Assembly (NCBI RefSeq): GCF_009914755.1
Contig: NC_060940.1
Length of the DNA: 64,000 nucleotides
DNA from: the human T2T-CHM13v2.0 reference genome, Homo sapiens
Strand: one strand, 5' to 3'
In this document: piece after piece, positions 1 to 13,189 of the stretch
Layout of the letters: every line of letters starts with the position of its first letter
Numbering within the stretch: the first letter of the stretch is position 1
The notes under the pieces: generated by a model
Told to the model about the DNA's origin: nothing
What the model saw: the letters and a program-made list of their open reading frames with translations, nothing else
The model's database searches: none
Made by a program: the position numbers and the translations under genes

Positions 1-799
1 ATGGAATCATGATTGTCTTCCTAAATTGTTCCTTTTCTTCTTCATTCAATGATATCGAGTGAGCTCCTACTGGGTATTTCAAATAATAGAATTTATCTGC
101 AAATAAAAGTTGCATCTACTGAAGGCATAGAAGCTTTAGTGCCACTGTTGGATCTGGGCACCCTGCCAAGGCTATGTTTTAGTTATGTTGAGCTGTTTTC
201 CTGGGTGAAGCCATCAGAAGTAGCTTCTGTCCCTGCTCCTGCCATAAGGGATTAGAACAAGGTCATCGCCAAAGGGAAGTGCATAAGGAAACTCAGCAGA
301 TTCTGATGCAGTTGAAAGGGAATTTGTCCAGTAGAAGCTCCCCATTACTGAGAGGAAGAAGACGACCCAAGATAATTCTCACTGGGGAAAGTGGGAATGT
401 CAGGCAAACATAGAAAATGGCAGGGAATTCAGCTCATGTTCCTACCCTTAAAGAAGATGAAGACTCTTTTTTTTGAGTGGGGGGTGCTTCTATAGGCACC
501 CATGAGAGAGGAGAGACACCCAAGAGAGGACAGGCTCCCATAAGAGAGGAGAGACAGAGTCTAGAGTGTTACTGTGGCTGTTGGGACAGATTCTAGTTCC
601 ACCCAGGGTCTTCACAGATCTTTCAATAAGTTTTAGTCACCCAAAGCAATTGAAAATGGTTTGGTTCTTACACCCTCAGCTACTTAGCTGAAACTGTTAG
701 AGCTATCCAGGACTAAAGAATTCTCCTAACTTCAAACTCAAGAAAACCCCAGAAAAAGTGTGTGTCAGGCACTGAGGCCCAATGCTTTAGGTGCATTAT

Positions 800-965
800 T
801 TCAAGAGGTTTCCCAGCATGACTTTGAGAAGAGTGGCAGTATGCATATTTTACAGGCGAGAAGCTTGAGGCCTTGAGAGATTCAGTATTTTGCCTAAGGT
901 CATCCAAGCAGCAAGTGAAAACACAAACCCAGACTGTGGGACTCCAGAGTCCATGCTTTCAACAT
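800..965 (-). mobile_element. MIR SINE remnant
   Basis: ATTTTACAGGCGAGAAGCTTGAGGC...TTGCCTAAGGTCA...GACTCCAGAGTCCATGCT resembles the reverse complement of the MIR core; boundaries approximate. Confidence 0.7.
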
Positions 966-1748
966 CGTGGGTTAATCCACCTCATCATGTGTGTGATTTT
1001 ATTTAATCCCATAACAAAGCTGTGATGGGATTTATAACCTCTCCTTTAGATATAAAGAGAAGTTGATAAACTTGAGTCAGTGACATTGCTAGAATGGGGA
1101 CCCCAGGTTTACCTCCCTTGGGAGCCCAAACATTTAACCACTCTGCTTAAAGAAGGAAGGAGGGAGCGGTTTTCCTGAGTGGAGTACAACCCAGTTCTTC
1201 AAGGACACATCTTTACCAAGAATACTGGTGGTGGAGGTTGGTTATTTGCATCTTTTATTTTAAGCAACACAGAGGAGGCTGTGGCACTGGGTTTTGCATT
1301 TCCTACCCATCATCACTGGATATTTTCCATGGGAGCCTACTGATCCCTGGCTTCTGGAATTATTTCATGCAAAACACGTCCAGCCAGAGGGTGGCTTAAT
1401 TGTCAGAAGCTCAATCCCTCTGATATTTTAAGTTTCGTTTCTTTTTTTACTATTATTTTAACAGTTCGTCTCGGTTATTCCTCATTTAACACTGGTTCAG
1501 TTAATGGAAAAGAAAGCACTTAAGAGAAGGAATGACCTAGCTAGTGAGCTGGCCATTGTATCTGAAATAAAAATCAATTGCCCACTATGCAGATTGCAGA
1601 AGAAGCTGCAAATAAAATTACTGTAAATTTAATTAAAACATTCCAGCCAAGTCCATACATTTGGTATTGATTACCTGGCCTGCAATTTCAGGGAGTTAAT
1701 TAACACAGCCTCCGCCTGGACAACAAGGGAAAGCCAGTGCGGGTGCTG

Positions 1749-1762
1749 GTTGTCCTAGCAAC
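1749..1762. promoter_or_regulatory. RFX X-box-like palindrome in a repeat-free, motif-dense block
   Basis: GTTGTCCTAGCAAC vs RFX consensus GTTRCCATGGYAAC; motif match only. Confidence 0.4.
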
Positions 1763-2533
1763 AGGTAGGCGGAAGCAGCTCACAGATTAAATTGAAAGGA
1801 GATACAGAATCTTATTGAATTAGACTTAAATGCAATGATTTAAAAATATGAAGAGGCAACTTAAAGTTCAAAACACACTTCATGAGCATGAGTCATTGTG
1901 TGTTTCTAATTGGGCCAGAATGGAGTGTTTCTACTGAAGAATGGGAAGATGGAGTGGGGAGGGTGAAGGTGGGGTTGCTTCAGATAATCCATTACCATGA
2001 GAGTGCTCCCTCAGCACTGCAGGCTCAGGGTACCGACTCCTGCAAGAACTCGTTTGGAAAAAGAAAATAGGCCTCATGAATAATCTCCTAGAACCATAAG
2101 TAGAATGAGTAAATTTATTTTCCCTTCCCTAGAGCAGAGGCAATGGGAAGGAAGTACATTCTGGTGAATTGGTTCCTAGAATCACCACCATAGAAACTGT
2201 GTCTATACCCTGTGTTAATACACATGCCCCAGGCCGCTGCCTGGGTGTGCACCCAAGGCTCTGTTTCTGGCTTCGTTTATGTTAGAGGTCTTGATTTTTT
2301 CAGCCAAAAGTAGATTTCTGAATTTTGTGCTTAGGTGTGGGATGATTGATGATGGTAGTCCCAAAGAAAAATTGGCCATGTACTCACAAAGAAGTGACAT
2401 CATTTTTGCATATAAGGAACTGAACCCCACCTTCACCAGCACCACCACCCATAACACACACCACCTGTTCATGGATACTTGGAAATTCCTCATTGAGTGT
2501 GATATTCTAGCTTAGAGCTTTGCACCCTCTTAA

Positions 2534-3245
2534 TTAGAATGGCAATCATTAAAAAGTCAGGAAACAACAGGTGCTGGAGAGGATGTGGAGAAATAGGAAC
2601 ACTTTTACACTGTTGGTGGGACTGTAAACTAGTTCAACCATTGTGGAAGTCAGTGTGGCGATTCCTCAGGGATCTAGAACTAGAAATACCATTTGACCCA
2701 GCCATCCCATTACTGGGTATATACCCAAATGACTATAAATCATGCTGCTATAAAGACACATGCACACGTATGTTTATTGTGGCATTATTCACAATAGCAA
2801 AGACTTGGAACCAACCCAAATGTCCAACAATGATAGACTGGATTAAGAAAATGTGGCACATATACACCATGGAATACTATGCAGCCATAAAAAATGATGA
2901 GTTCATGTCCTTTGTAGGGACATGGATGAAATTGGAAACCATCATTCTCAGTAAACTATTGCAAGAACAAAAAACCAAACACCGCATATTCTCACTCATA
3001 GGTGGGAATTGAACAATGAGATCACATGGACACAGGAAGGGGAATATCACACTCTGGGGACTGTGGTGGGGAGGTGGGAGGGGGGAGGGATAGCATTGGG
3101 AGATATACCTAATGCTAGATGATGAGTTAGTGGGTGCAGCGCACCAGCATGGCACATGTATACATATGTAACTAACCTGCACAATGTGCACATGTACCCT
3201 AAAACTTAAAGTATAATTAAAAAATAAATAAATAAATAAATAAAA
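2534..3245 (+). mobile_element. 5'-truncated LINE-1, young primate subfamily (L1PA2-like)
   Basis: ORF2 C-terminus, 3' UTR with G-rich tract, GAG (not ACA) at the Ta diagnostic site, AAAACTTAAAGTATAAT end, (AAAT)n tail. Confidence 0.95.
2539..3012 (+). pseudogene. L1 ORF2p C-terminal cysteine-rich fragment (non-functional)
   Basis: [25 protein letters not shown]...FSLIGGN* is the canonical L1 ORF2 C-terminus; endonuclease and RT domains absent. Confidence 0.93.
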
Positions 3246-3269
3246 GAGGGGCGACATGATAATAATGAT

Positions 3270-3520
3270 GATGATGAAGAATAAAAATTCCTAATTACCT
3301 AGTGTCTACTACATGCCAAGAACTATGCTGCGTCGTTTCCTATATGTTATTTTATTTAATATTCACAATAGACTCTGAGAAACAGGGGGTTTCTCATGTT
3401 GAGGAAACTCAGATTCACAAAAGGAAGTTAACTCACCCCAAGTAGCCCCACTGGTGTATGGCAAAGCTAGGATTTATAGTCAGACCTGTCTTTCTCCAAA
3501 GTGCCCTTTCCACCATACAG
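3270..3520 (-). mobile_element. MIR SINE remnant
   Basis: GAGGAAACTCAGATTCACAAAAGGAAGTTAACTCACCCAAG MIR core in reverse orientation; approximate. Confidence 0.6.
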
Positions 3521-6500
3521 CAACTTTCCAGGTTTTGCTATGAAACACCTCCTCTCCCTTATTTCTTATTAAAGTGGAATTTTACGTGGAACTCTGATTT
3601 ATAAATTCTGTAAACTCAGAGAGGGCCCAGGGACAGAGCCTACCTACTCGGCTGCCCACACACATATCCCAGCCATACAGAGGGCCCTGAGATGCAGCAG
3701 CCTTTGGCTCATATACACAGGGGTGTGCTGGCACTGGCCAGCATCCTAAGTCCTTACTCAGCGGAGAGATCAGCCTCAATGGGCAAATCCACTGCCTGCC
3801 TCTCCATCCCTAGCACTACCGTTGCAGAATTCCAGATGGTGCTGTCATTGGTTTTTGTCTCACTAAGGATCACCAACAAACAAACACATAATCCAATGAA
3901 AAAGATGGAGGAATAGTACTCCAAAATGTGTTTTAGCTGACTTTAGAGAGGACATTTTAGGAGCTCAGTTACTTACCTAACACATTTGACTAAAGGTCCA
4001 GAGTTGACATTCACTGAGCTGATGAGCACAGCCCTGGAAGAGAAGCCCCGGACCCAATATTAGCCCTAGCTCTGCACATGGTCTGCGCATCTCTGGATGA
4101 ATCACTTCCCTCTTTGGGCCCCAACTACTTCCTTTGTGAAAAAAAAAAAAAGAGAGAGAGAGAGAGAATTAAGCTGTATTATACATCGCAATGGCATACA
4201 ATCTCCATCACAATGTTTGCATGTAACTTCTGTACTGATTGTTTTTTAACAAACTTATTTAAAAGGAAATTTGATATCCTTACTATAAATAAAGAACTAA
4301 AGTACTTTTCTAACATGTCTTCAAACAACTACATCATCAGTAAAATGAAAAATGGAGTATTTGTTTTTTAGCACCGAAACAAATTGCAAGTGCCACCAGT
4401 GGTTTGTGCCCCAGGCTTTGAGAAATGCTGGGAAAATTAGGAACTTTTAGTTCTAGGTTATTTTAAGAGCCTCTTCTAGCTCTGCCCTTCGGAGATCTAC
4501 ACTTCTGCTTCAGGATGGTAAGGGAGATGGGTTAGCAGTGTGCAAGGAAAAAGAAGAATATCCAAGACAGGTGAGGAGAGCAGATAGTCTACAGATAACC
4601 ATGGTGGGGATGGCTGGATGCATAAAGTTTGCCAGTTGGAAACAGCCACTAAGATTGCATTAACACTTACTGACACACCACCACCTGCCCTTGGGATTTC
4701 TTCTACCCTAGAGAGCTGAAGGGCAAGCGAACACATAGATCATGAGATTAATCCCTACACACAGTCTCCCAGGGCAGTTCTAACATCTCTACAAATTCCA
4801 TTCAAGATCCTCCTCTATGCTGACGCTCAATACAAACTTCTGCACAGAGCTGTTCTTCAATTCACAAACTGAATTTCACCCATTATCATATCTATGAGAT
4901 AAGTGGATGCCTGATGCTCATTTTGCAGATGAAGAAACTGAGTCTTGTGGAAAGAAATGAGTCATATTGCACACAGTGACTTTTAAATCCAGCCCCTATT
5001 TCCCCAAGTCACAGCTGCCTCCAAATGCGTACTACTGTATGCATCTCAAAATGCTGATGGCAGAACTTGACTACTACCTTGCACAAACTTGGGAGAGCAT
5101 GAGAATTTTCTGGGGTGCTTGTTGAAGACGTATGCGTCTGATGTCTGAGAACAGAGGGGCTGTGCATTTTTCCCAATCTCTGAAGCTCAATTTCTTTCAC
5201 TGTAAAATAGAAACAATACTCAAATGACTGATTTGAGGATTGAATGAACTCTTAACTCTAAAGGAACTAATATAATCTCTGGCATGTCATGAATGTGCAA
5301 AAAATATTAACCTATTATAAGGATTAACCTACTAAATTTTTGCTCTCTGCTCCAACCTTACCTAATCCTCTCTGCAGTTTAGAAACAAAACAAAACAAAA
5401 CAAAAAGGCAAAAAGGCTCTCATGCTAGAGACATAGGCCATATGTTTAGGCAGCTCCCTACACACAGGTGTTCATTTCCATCTTTCCTGATAAGACAGCG
5501 ATTAGAATTGAGATCCTATGGAGTTGTATTTCAGAAGAAATACAAGGAGAGATGGGAGGAGTCCACAGACCCTCAGCTTTAATTCTCCAGCCCAAGGTCA
5601 CTATTCAGCCACCACTTGGCCCTCCCTACCTGTGTATTGCATCAGCCTATAAAATGACATGAAGTTTCTTGGGCTGCAATTAGGAGAGTGCATACAGACC
5701 TGTATCTCGTTGTGGAACCTCATTAAAGGGAGTGATAAAGTGAAGGTCGGCTATCTTTATAAGGACAAGAAGGGAGGAACCAAATACCCAGAAGGCAGGG
5801 AGGTTAATGAGAAATAGAATGCACTTTCAGCACTAAGCGATAAAAAGAGGAAATCTTACTGGGGCAGAATAAGCAGAAGCCCCCCAAAATTTACCCAAAA
5901 AATTCTGAAAATGCACTTTTATAAAGATCTTAAGATCAGAGGCTTCCAAAGAAAATAAGACAAATGCAACAAAACTGAATATAATGTTAAGCCAAAACAG
6001 AGACCTTCTCTCTCATTATACAAATTTTTGCTGAACGTTTACTATGTTCCAAGACTGTAATAGAATGGGAGAACACATTATTGAATTACAAATAATCCCA
6101 CATCCAGGTACCATTTATTTTCTACATCTCATTGTTTCATTTATCCAGCAGCTATTTACTGAGTGCCTGCAATCTCCTCAATGCTCCTGAGACTTGTGGA
6201 ACTCAAGGGGATGTTGTTTTGATCACCCACTGTGTATCCCCCTTCTGGTAACAGAGTAGGTACCAGGGCCATGATCTTGGGTAGTGGGTTATTGCAGTGA
6301 ATCCCCTCCTGTGCTCACAGGGATGGCCTGGGATGGACATGAGCACAGCATGGTCAGAGCCCTGCTCTGAGACTTTCTCTCTGGAGACCATGATCAAATT
6401 TCTCTTCATGCTGTGGTCAAGTAGACATGGGACTGTGACCTCATGGCTATCACAAGGCCAAATCCCCCGGCAGGTGGAGGAGAATAACTGCAGGGGGAGC

Positions 6501-8231
6501 AAAGGAAGTGACACAGGAAGAGAGGAGGAAGAGTATGTGTGTGTACATGTGTGTATGTATATGTGTACGTGCACATGTGAAAGTGTGCATGAGAGACAGA
6601 GACAGAGATGAGGCTACAGTAACGTCAGGGTGTTTGATTTGCAGGATCTGCGTACCTAAAGCCAACCTCACTCTTGCCCTTTCCTTATCTGGTTATAAAA
6701 TCCAAGCATTGTCTGATTAGATTTGGCTTCCTAACATAGAAGGGAAAACAAAAAAGGAAAGAAAATAGGCCATAATTTCAACTTTCAAGGACCTTAAAAC
6801 CTAAAGAGGCAAGTATAGCTATCTGAACCCCTAACTATAACAAGTATACATTTATAATATCCCACAAGATATAAAAAGCCATAGAACAGAAGGCTCTTTT
6901 TTCTAATAGTTATGTTCTGTGGCACTAAACAATATCTGCTATTCTCTCTTTCAAACTGCGTCACTTCAGTTCATAAATCAGTTCTTCGGAACAAGAAGAT
7001 TAAGGCAGAAACCTATTATTCCAAGGCAAATATAATGGGCTATGACCACATTTCCCTGAGAGGGTTCCCTGAAATGTCAGCCCTGGGATATGTGGGGCTG
7101 AGTCTGCTCATGTCAAAATGGTGTAACCTGTGCCCGACAGAGATCCTCGTGTGTGGTGAGCACCAAATAAATATCTGGTAAATGAGCGAATGAAGTTGTC
7201 ATGCAGAACTAGTCTGTTGTCAAATAAGTTAGGAAAATGTTACGTGTTTGTTCTTCCTACGGATCCACAGTGTAGATGAGCAAAAATAAAGGTTCTGAGA
7301 AGTTCTGCGGGAAGAAACATGTTTCCTTTTGTTTAGTGGACTGTTCCGCAGACCTTTTATCACTTACGAGCTCCTTCCATTGCAAGACACCAATTAGCTC
7401 ACCCCACACCATGGATCTACTATGTGGACCACACCTGGGGAACACCGGATAACTGTCACTGGGAGACAACCCTTTCCCACAGCCCAGCCCAGACGCACCT
7501 AGAGCACGTTAATCAGGAAGCCTTGAGCCTCCCAGAAGCACCTTCTCCATATTCCCATCCCGTTTTCATTTCAACATGCTTCCAAAGCTCCTGCCAGGAG
7601 CAAGGGGTGCTGCTTCTTAACGTAGCTGGAAGACTACCCATGCGCCCCGCCACACACACACATCCACACCAGCACAAACACACATGCTGGGGGGCGATCT
7701 TAACCAGAGAGCATTTAAATACCAAGGCAAGGAGAAAATCCTTGAATTCAAACGTAACAGGCTGGCACAAATTAGGAAAGATTAATAGAGTCAGACGCAC
7801 GCTCCTTGAGTCATTTTTAGATAATCAGTAGGTTCTCACTGGCATTATCCTAATCCCGCACCACAGTGGAAAGAAATTCACTGATGGCTCTTGTGGTCAA
7901 CTCCACAGGAACCCAATAAGCTACATTAATGTGCAGAAAAGATCGGGGCCAGGGCAAAAGGAGCTGAGAGCTAATTCTAGGTATGAAATGCTGCCAGAAA
8001 TCAGGAGCTCTGCTTCTTCAGGGAAGTCTGACATTCTCCATAAGAAAATTAAATAGTTACAATGATGAATTACATGCATTCGAGTTCGTCTTTGCAAAGC
8101 GGGCCCTAAGAGCTTTGCCCAGGAGTTGATTCTTGGAAGTTCTTAGCCCAAAATATAATAGGATCAGTGGCAAAATGGAGAGCCAAGATAGCTCTAACCT
8201 TTTCAGCAATCACTTTTTATTTTTTTTTTTA

Positions 8232-8753
<522 letters not shown>

Positions 8754-9097
8754 TCAGAAGTTGATCTATCCTGCATGTTTTTCTTCATTCCTCTGGAAAG
8801 AAAGCCCACAACTTCATTTGAATAATTACTCATCTTGTACTTCATATGGTTCTCAGGGGACAGCCATTAACCAATCATACTACATGATTCCCTTTGTCCC
8901 AGTGATTGGGCCAGGGATAAACATGTGACCCAAGTCAGCCAACCAGAACACTTCTAACATTTGGCCTGTAAATTCTGGATGAAGAAATCATTTTGCCACT
9001 CAATGAACTGTACTTACTTTTTTCTAGAGTTGCTGGCAGCCGTCTTTTCTTTGTGAGGTAAGAGGGAACAAGGCTGAGGCAGGGAAAGTCGGAACTG

Positions 9098-9252
9098 ACA
9101 GTTGCAGTGGCTGAAGCCTGTAGTCCCAGCTACTTGGGAGGCTGAGAGGGGAGGATCCTTTGAGGCCAGAAGTTCAAGACTAATCTGGGCAACATAGTGA
9201 GACCCATTTCTAAAAAGCAACAACAAAAAAACCCGCAAAACATAAAATAAAA
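9098..9252 (+). mobile_element. Alu monomer (FLAM-like), probably inside an old MLT1 LTR
   Basis: Single arm GCCTGTAGTCCCAGCTACTTGGGAGGCTGAG...CTGGGCAACATAGTGAGACCC followed by A-rich tail. Confidence 0.85.
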
Positions 9253-9419
9253 AGAATCAGGACAAAGAGAATTAGAATTTGCGAAGCAGGAATAATGAGG
9301 GGGAGGGGAGATTTGATGACACTATCTGAACTCCGTGATGGCATACCAGGAGCTAGTTTGTGCTGGATTTTCTGTCACAACTAGAAGAATCCTGGCCTAT
9401 ATCATAGCCACATCCAAAC

Positions 9420-9843
9420 TGTATTCGTTTATTATTCTATAACAAGTGCATTATCTTACAGTTTTGCAAGTCAGAAATCCACAATAATTCTCATCAGGCT
9501 AAAGTCAAGGTGTTGGCAGGGCTAGGTCCCTGCTGGAGGCTTTGAGGGGAGAATACGTTTTCTTGTCTTTTTCAAGTTCTAGAGGCCACCTGCATCCTTG
9601 ACTCACATCATTCCAACCTTTTGCTTCTATTGTCACACCTAACTCTGATCCTCCTACTTCCCTTTTGTAAAAACTCTGTGATTACATTCAACCCATCTAA
9701 GTAATCTAGGGTAATTTCCCCATCTCAGATCTTTAACATAATCACATCTGCAAAGTCCCCTTTACCATAAAAAGTAACATATTCACAAGTTCCAGGGATT
9801 AGGGCCTGGGCATCATTGAGGGGCTATTTTTCAGCCTACCATA
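9420..9843 (-). mobile_element. MaLR solo LTR (MLT1C/D-like)
   Basis: AAGGTGTTGGCAGGGCT, TCTAGAGGCCACCTGCAT, CACATCTGCAAAGTCCC, ending CAGCCTACCATA; recalled MLT1 consensus in reverse. Confidence 0.8.
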
Positions 9844-10544
9844 GTTGGTGTGCAACAAATATTCATAGAAGGAAAGTATGTGAAATGTTTACAGTTTTTC
9901 CAAAGCTCAAATGTTGTAAGCATCTTCAACATTAGGGAAGGCATAGGATTATGGCAGAGAACAGAAAAAGAATACAGCCACTAAATCCTCCCTGTGGGAC
10001 TTGGGGTCTGTCTCCATAATCATTTTATCAGTCTAAACTCCTACTGGGTTAAGCGCTGCCTTTGTTCAATGCACATTATTCAAATGCAGTTCCCCACAGA
10101 AATATGAATTACTAGCACTGATAAGAAGAAGTTTTGGAACCCAAGGCCTTCCCAGAGTCCTCTTAAACCACACTTTTTCCTTGGATTTAGACACTACCCT
10201 TACCAGAGAGGGAGATTATCACAGATTCTACTTACAGGTGGGCAAGATCTATGCTATGGGAGGAGTCAAGTCTGCTAGCTGTTGAGATGCTTCGTGGGGC
10301 TCACAAGATTGCTCCTGAATGTCTGACACAAGCTGATACTGACTCATCTATCAAATGTCACAACTTGTTTAAAAACACATCATAATATGTGTCAATCAGT
10401 TCAACTCCCATTTCTTCCTCTTGCTGATCTCCAATCATCTTTAAGGTAAGAATACCATGATGGGATTCACCTGTTACTAGCAATAATAGTATTATCTAAC
10501 ATCTATTGATGTGTATTATGTACCATAGATAGTTATATACATTG

Positions 10545-10978
10545 TAGAGTAGCAGTTAGGATCATGCTAGCTGCTGTAACAAATAAATTCTTACATTTCA
10601 GGGGTTTAACATTTAAAAAGCTTATTTTATGCTCGCAAAATGCCTAGTCAGCAGGGAAAGGAAGGGAGTGCAGTTATGCTCCATGCAGCTAAACGGAGAC
10701 ACAGATTGCTTCCATCTTGTGGATCTCACATGCCCTGCAGTCTCAGAGACTTTGCCAATAGCTGGCAGGCAGGGAGAGATCATGGAGGTTCACCTATAGG
10801 AGGCTTTTATGGACCTAGCTCACATGATTTTCATTCATATTCCATTAGCTAGAACCATTAGCTAGAACCCAGAGACATGACCTCACCTGGCTGCAAGGGA
10901 GGCTGGGAGGTATAGAGTGACTTTGTGTCCAGGAATACGAAGGACAAGTTTCAGGGAACTCATAGCAATCTCCACCAT
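10545..10978 (-). mobile_element. Old MaLR LTR (MLT1J/K-like) interrupting a MIR
   Basis: GCTAGCTGCTGTAACAAA start and CTGCAAGGGAGGCTGGGA near end; MIR-like sequence on both sides. Confidence 0.6.
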
Positions 10979-11154
10979 TGCGTATTTCTCACATGATCTC
11001 AGCTAATCCTTCCAACAACTCTATGAGGTGGGTACTGCTGTCATTTCCATTGCACACTTGAGTGTCCAAGGAGTCAGCTACGCTTCAAGTTCACACAACC
11101 AGAGCAGTGCTCAGAATGCAAGTCTTTATGGCTCCCAATTTCATACTTGTATCC

Positions 11155-11372
11155 TATGGTTCTCAAACAGGAGTAATTTTGCCCACCCTACCCCCTACCA
11201 CTGGAGGATATCTGACCATGTCTGTACACATTTATGTTTGTCACGACTGGAGAACCAGGACTGGCATTTAGTGGGAAGAAGCCAAGGACGATGCCACACA
11301 TCTTACAATGCACAGAACAATCCCAACAACTAAAAATTACCTGGCCCAAAAATGTCAGCAGTGCCTGAAAAG
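11155..11372 (+). mobile_element. MER20 (hAT-Charlie DNA transposon remnant)
   Basis: GGTTCTCAAAC...TTGTCACGACTGG...CTGGCATTTAGTGG...CTTACAATGCACAG...CCCAAAAATGTCAGCAGTGCC match the recalled MER20 consensus. Confidence 0.85.
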
Positions 11373-11934
11373 CCTTAGCATGATACATTTCTTAACAGGT
11401 ATAAGGATGTGGGGCTGGACCTCCAGGGGTTACTCACCTGGAAAAGCTCCTGAGACTGGCATGAAGCAGTCAAATCTAAGTAATACAGGGCTTCTTTCCT
11501 GCAATGCAAAAGGCAAATTGCCAAATTATTTAACTTATGATGGAAATTATTGCTCCAATAAAAATATATCCTTTGGAAATATGACTGCAAATAAGCAGAG
11601 GCATGAGCCAAAGCAAGAATCGGCTTCAACCGGAACAGCAAGGGGCAGCAGGGGATGGGCGCTAAAGAAAATCTGGCGTAGGATGGTTCTTTTTTCCTAT
11701 CAACTGCTCTTGGCCATGTGCTGACATGAACACTTATCCAGCGTGGATTTGACAAAATGGTAAGTCTTGACCACAATTCTGAACTTGTTTTCACAGATGA
11801 AAATGAGATGCTTTCTGCAGTAAGAAAAGTGTTTTTCTGTGCCATCCCCCAAATCCCTTCCTCTGATTATGAAGGAAAGACAGAGGTTTGCTAAGGTCAA
11901 GAGCAATTTCAAATGGCTTTGGATTGGGGGAGCT

Positions 11935-12110
11935 GATTTAAACCTTGGCTCTGCCATTTTCTCGCTGTGTGATCTTGGGAAAATTACTCTTCGTGTCACT
12001 TTTCCCACCTGTGAAATGGGGATAATAATTGCACATACTTCACAAAGTAGTAAAGATTAACTGAGATAGCCATGTAAAGCAATTAGGTCAGAGCCTGGCA
12101 CCTAGTTAGC
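11935..12110 (+). mobile_element. MIR SINE remnant
   Basis: GGCTCTGCCATTTTCTCGCTGTGTGATCTTGGG...CCTGTGAAATGGGGATAATAAT. Confidence 0.8.
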
Positions 12111-12189
12111 CCTGGAATGCCAGCCCTCACTTCTCATCATCATCATCATCATCATCATCATTGGGAGCACTACAGGGAAGGCAGGATAA

Positions 12190-12665
12190 TAATGTGCTGA
12201 GCGTTGGAGTCAGAATGTAGCCTAAAAAGATTTCACTGTGGCTGGCATGGGGGTGACAGAGCTTCAGCTTTGCTTCTTACTATTCCTATGAGCCTGACCA
12301 CATCATCTAATAGGCTCTGAGCCTCAATTTATCCATCAGTGAAATGGAGATAAGGTCCTACTCAGGGCAAACATGAGGGAGTGGAAGTGTTGCCAAGTGA
12401 TAGAGAGCACAGGCTCTGCAGCCGACTGCCAGGGTTCAAATACGCCAGTCACTGGCCCAATGACCTTGAGTGACTGATGCAACCTTCCCATGCCTCAAGT
12501 TCCTCCCCTGTCAAATGAGAATAATAATAGTTACTGTTAGGATATAAAAGACATAAGGGGAAGGATCCTTGTCTACTTAGTTTATGGCTAGAACATCAGC
12601 ACTTAGGACTGGGTCTACTACATAGTGGGCATTCAACAATATTTGTTGAATAAATGAATGAAAGC
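12190..12665 (+). mobile_element. Cluster of two MIR remnants and an L2 3' end
   Basis: CTCTGAGCCTCAATTTATCCATCAGTGAAATGG; GGGTTCAAAT...TGACCTTGAG...CTGTCAAATGAGAATAATAATAG; ATATTTGTTGAATAAATGAATGAA. Confidence 0.7.
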
Positions 12666-13189
12666 TGGTCCCTGTGGAACAGGATTGCAGTGTGGCTTAA
12701 ATGGAATTATATCTGTGAAGGGCATAGAAGGACCTGGCCCATGCTATGCATACAAGAAACATTGGCTATAATAACACTGTAAATAAGCATTGTCCAAATG
12801 AAGGGTCATGAAATCTAAACACACACAGTGACAGTCTTAGATTGGGTCACCAGACCCAGGAGCAGCCATGGGTGTGTAGTCAAGGCAGCCTGGCGTTCTT
12901 CCTTCTTGGCCTGCTCTCTACTCCATGGTTTGCTGCTCTCTGTCCAGCCAGGCATCATATGAACTTCATGTTCCCCCCACGTTGATATGTTTGGGTTTCT
13001 TCTCCAGCTAGGTGCATACAGCAGACCCCTCACTGAGCTTCCATGGTGGCCTATGAGTGACTCTCTCCTATGCAGCATATCTGTTCCTCCATGGGTCTGG
13101 GCAGCTTTGCCTTAGCAAAATGGTTTCCTCCAGGAGAAGTGTTTAGCATAGAGAATATCCATGAGAGGCCTTGTGTGCAATTTAAATCT

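Noticed and set aside
2534-3245. Active human-specific L1HS-Ta
   Set aside because: Carries GAG and A at the 3' UTR diagnostic positions rather than ACA and G, and is only 0.7 kb.
2877-3257. ORFs antisense to L1 (also 22830-23168, 24588-24869, 52461-52937)
   Set aside because: Standard shadow ORFs of the L1 3' UTR and ORF2.
6203-6720. Overlapping ORFs with HT/VC runs (also near 27000, 31754, 38745, 56474)
   Set aside because: Produced by TG/CA low-complexity tracts lacking stop codons.
11028-12060. Cluster of 100-156 aa overlapping ORFs
   Set aside because: Overlap MIR and MER20 remnants; no domain motifs or splice structure.
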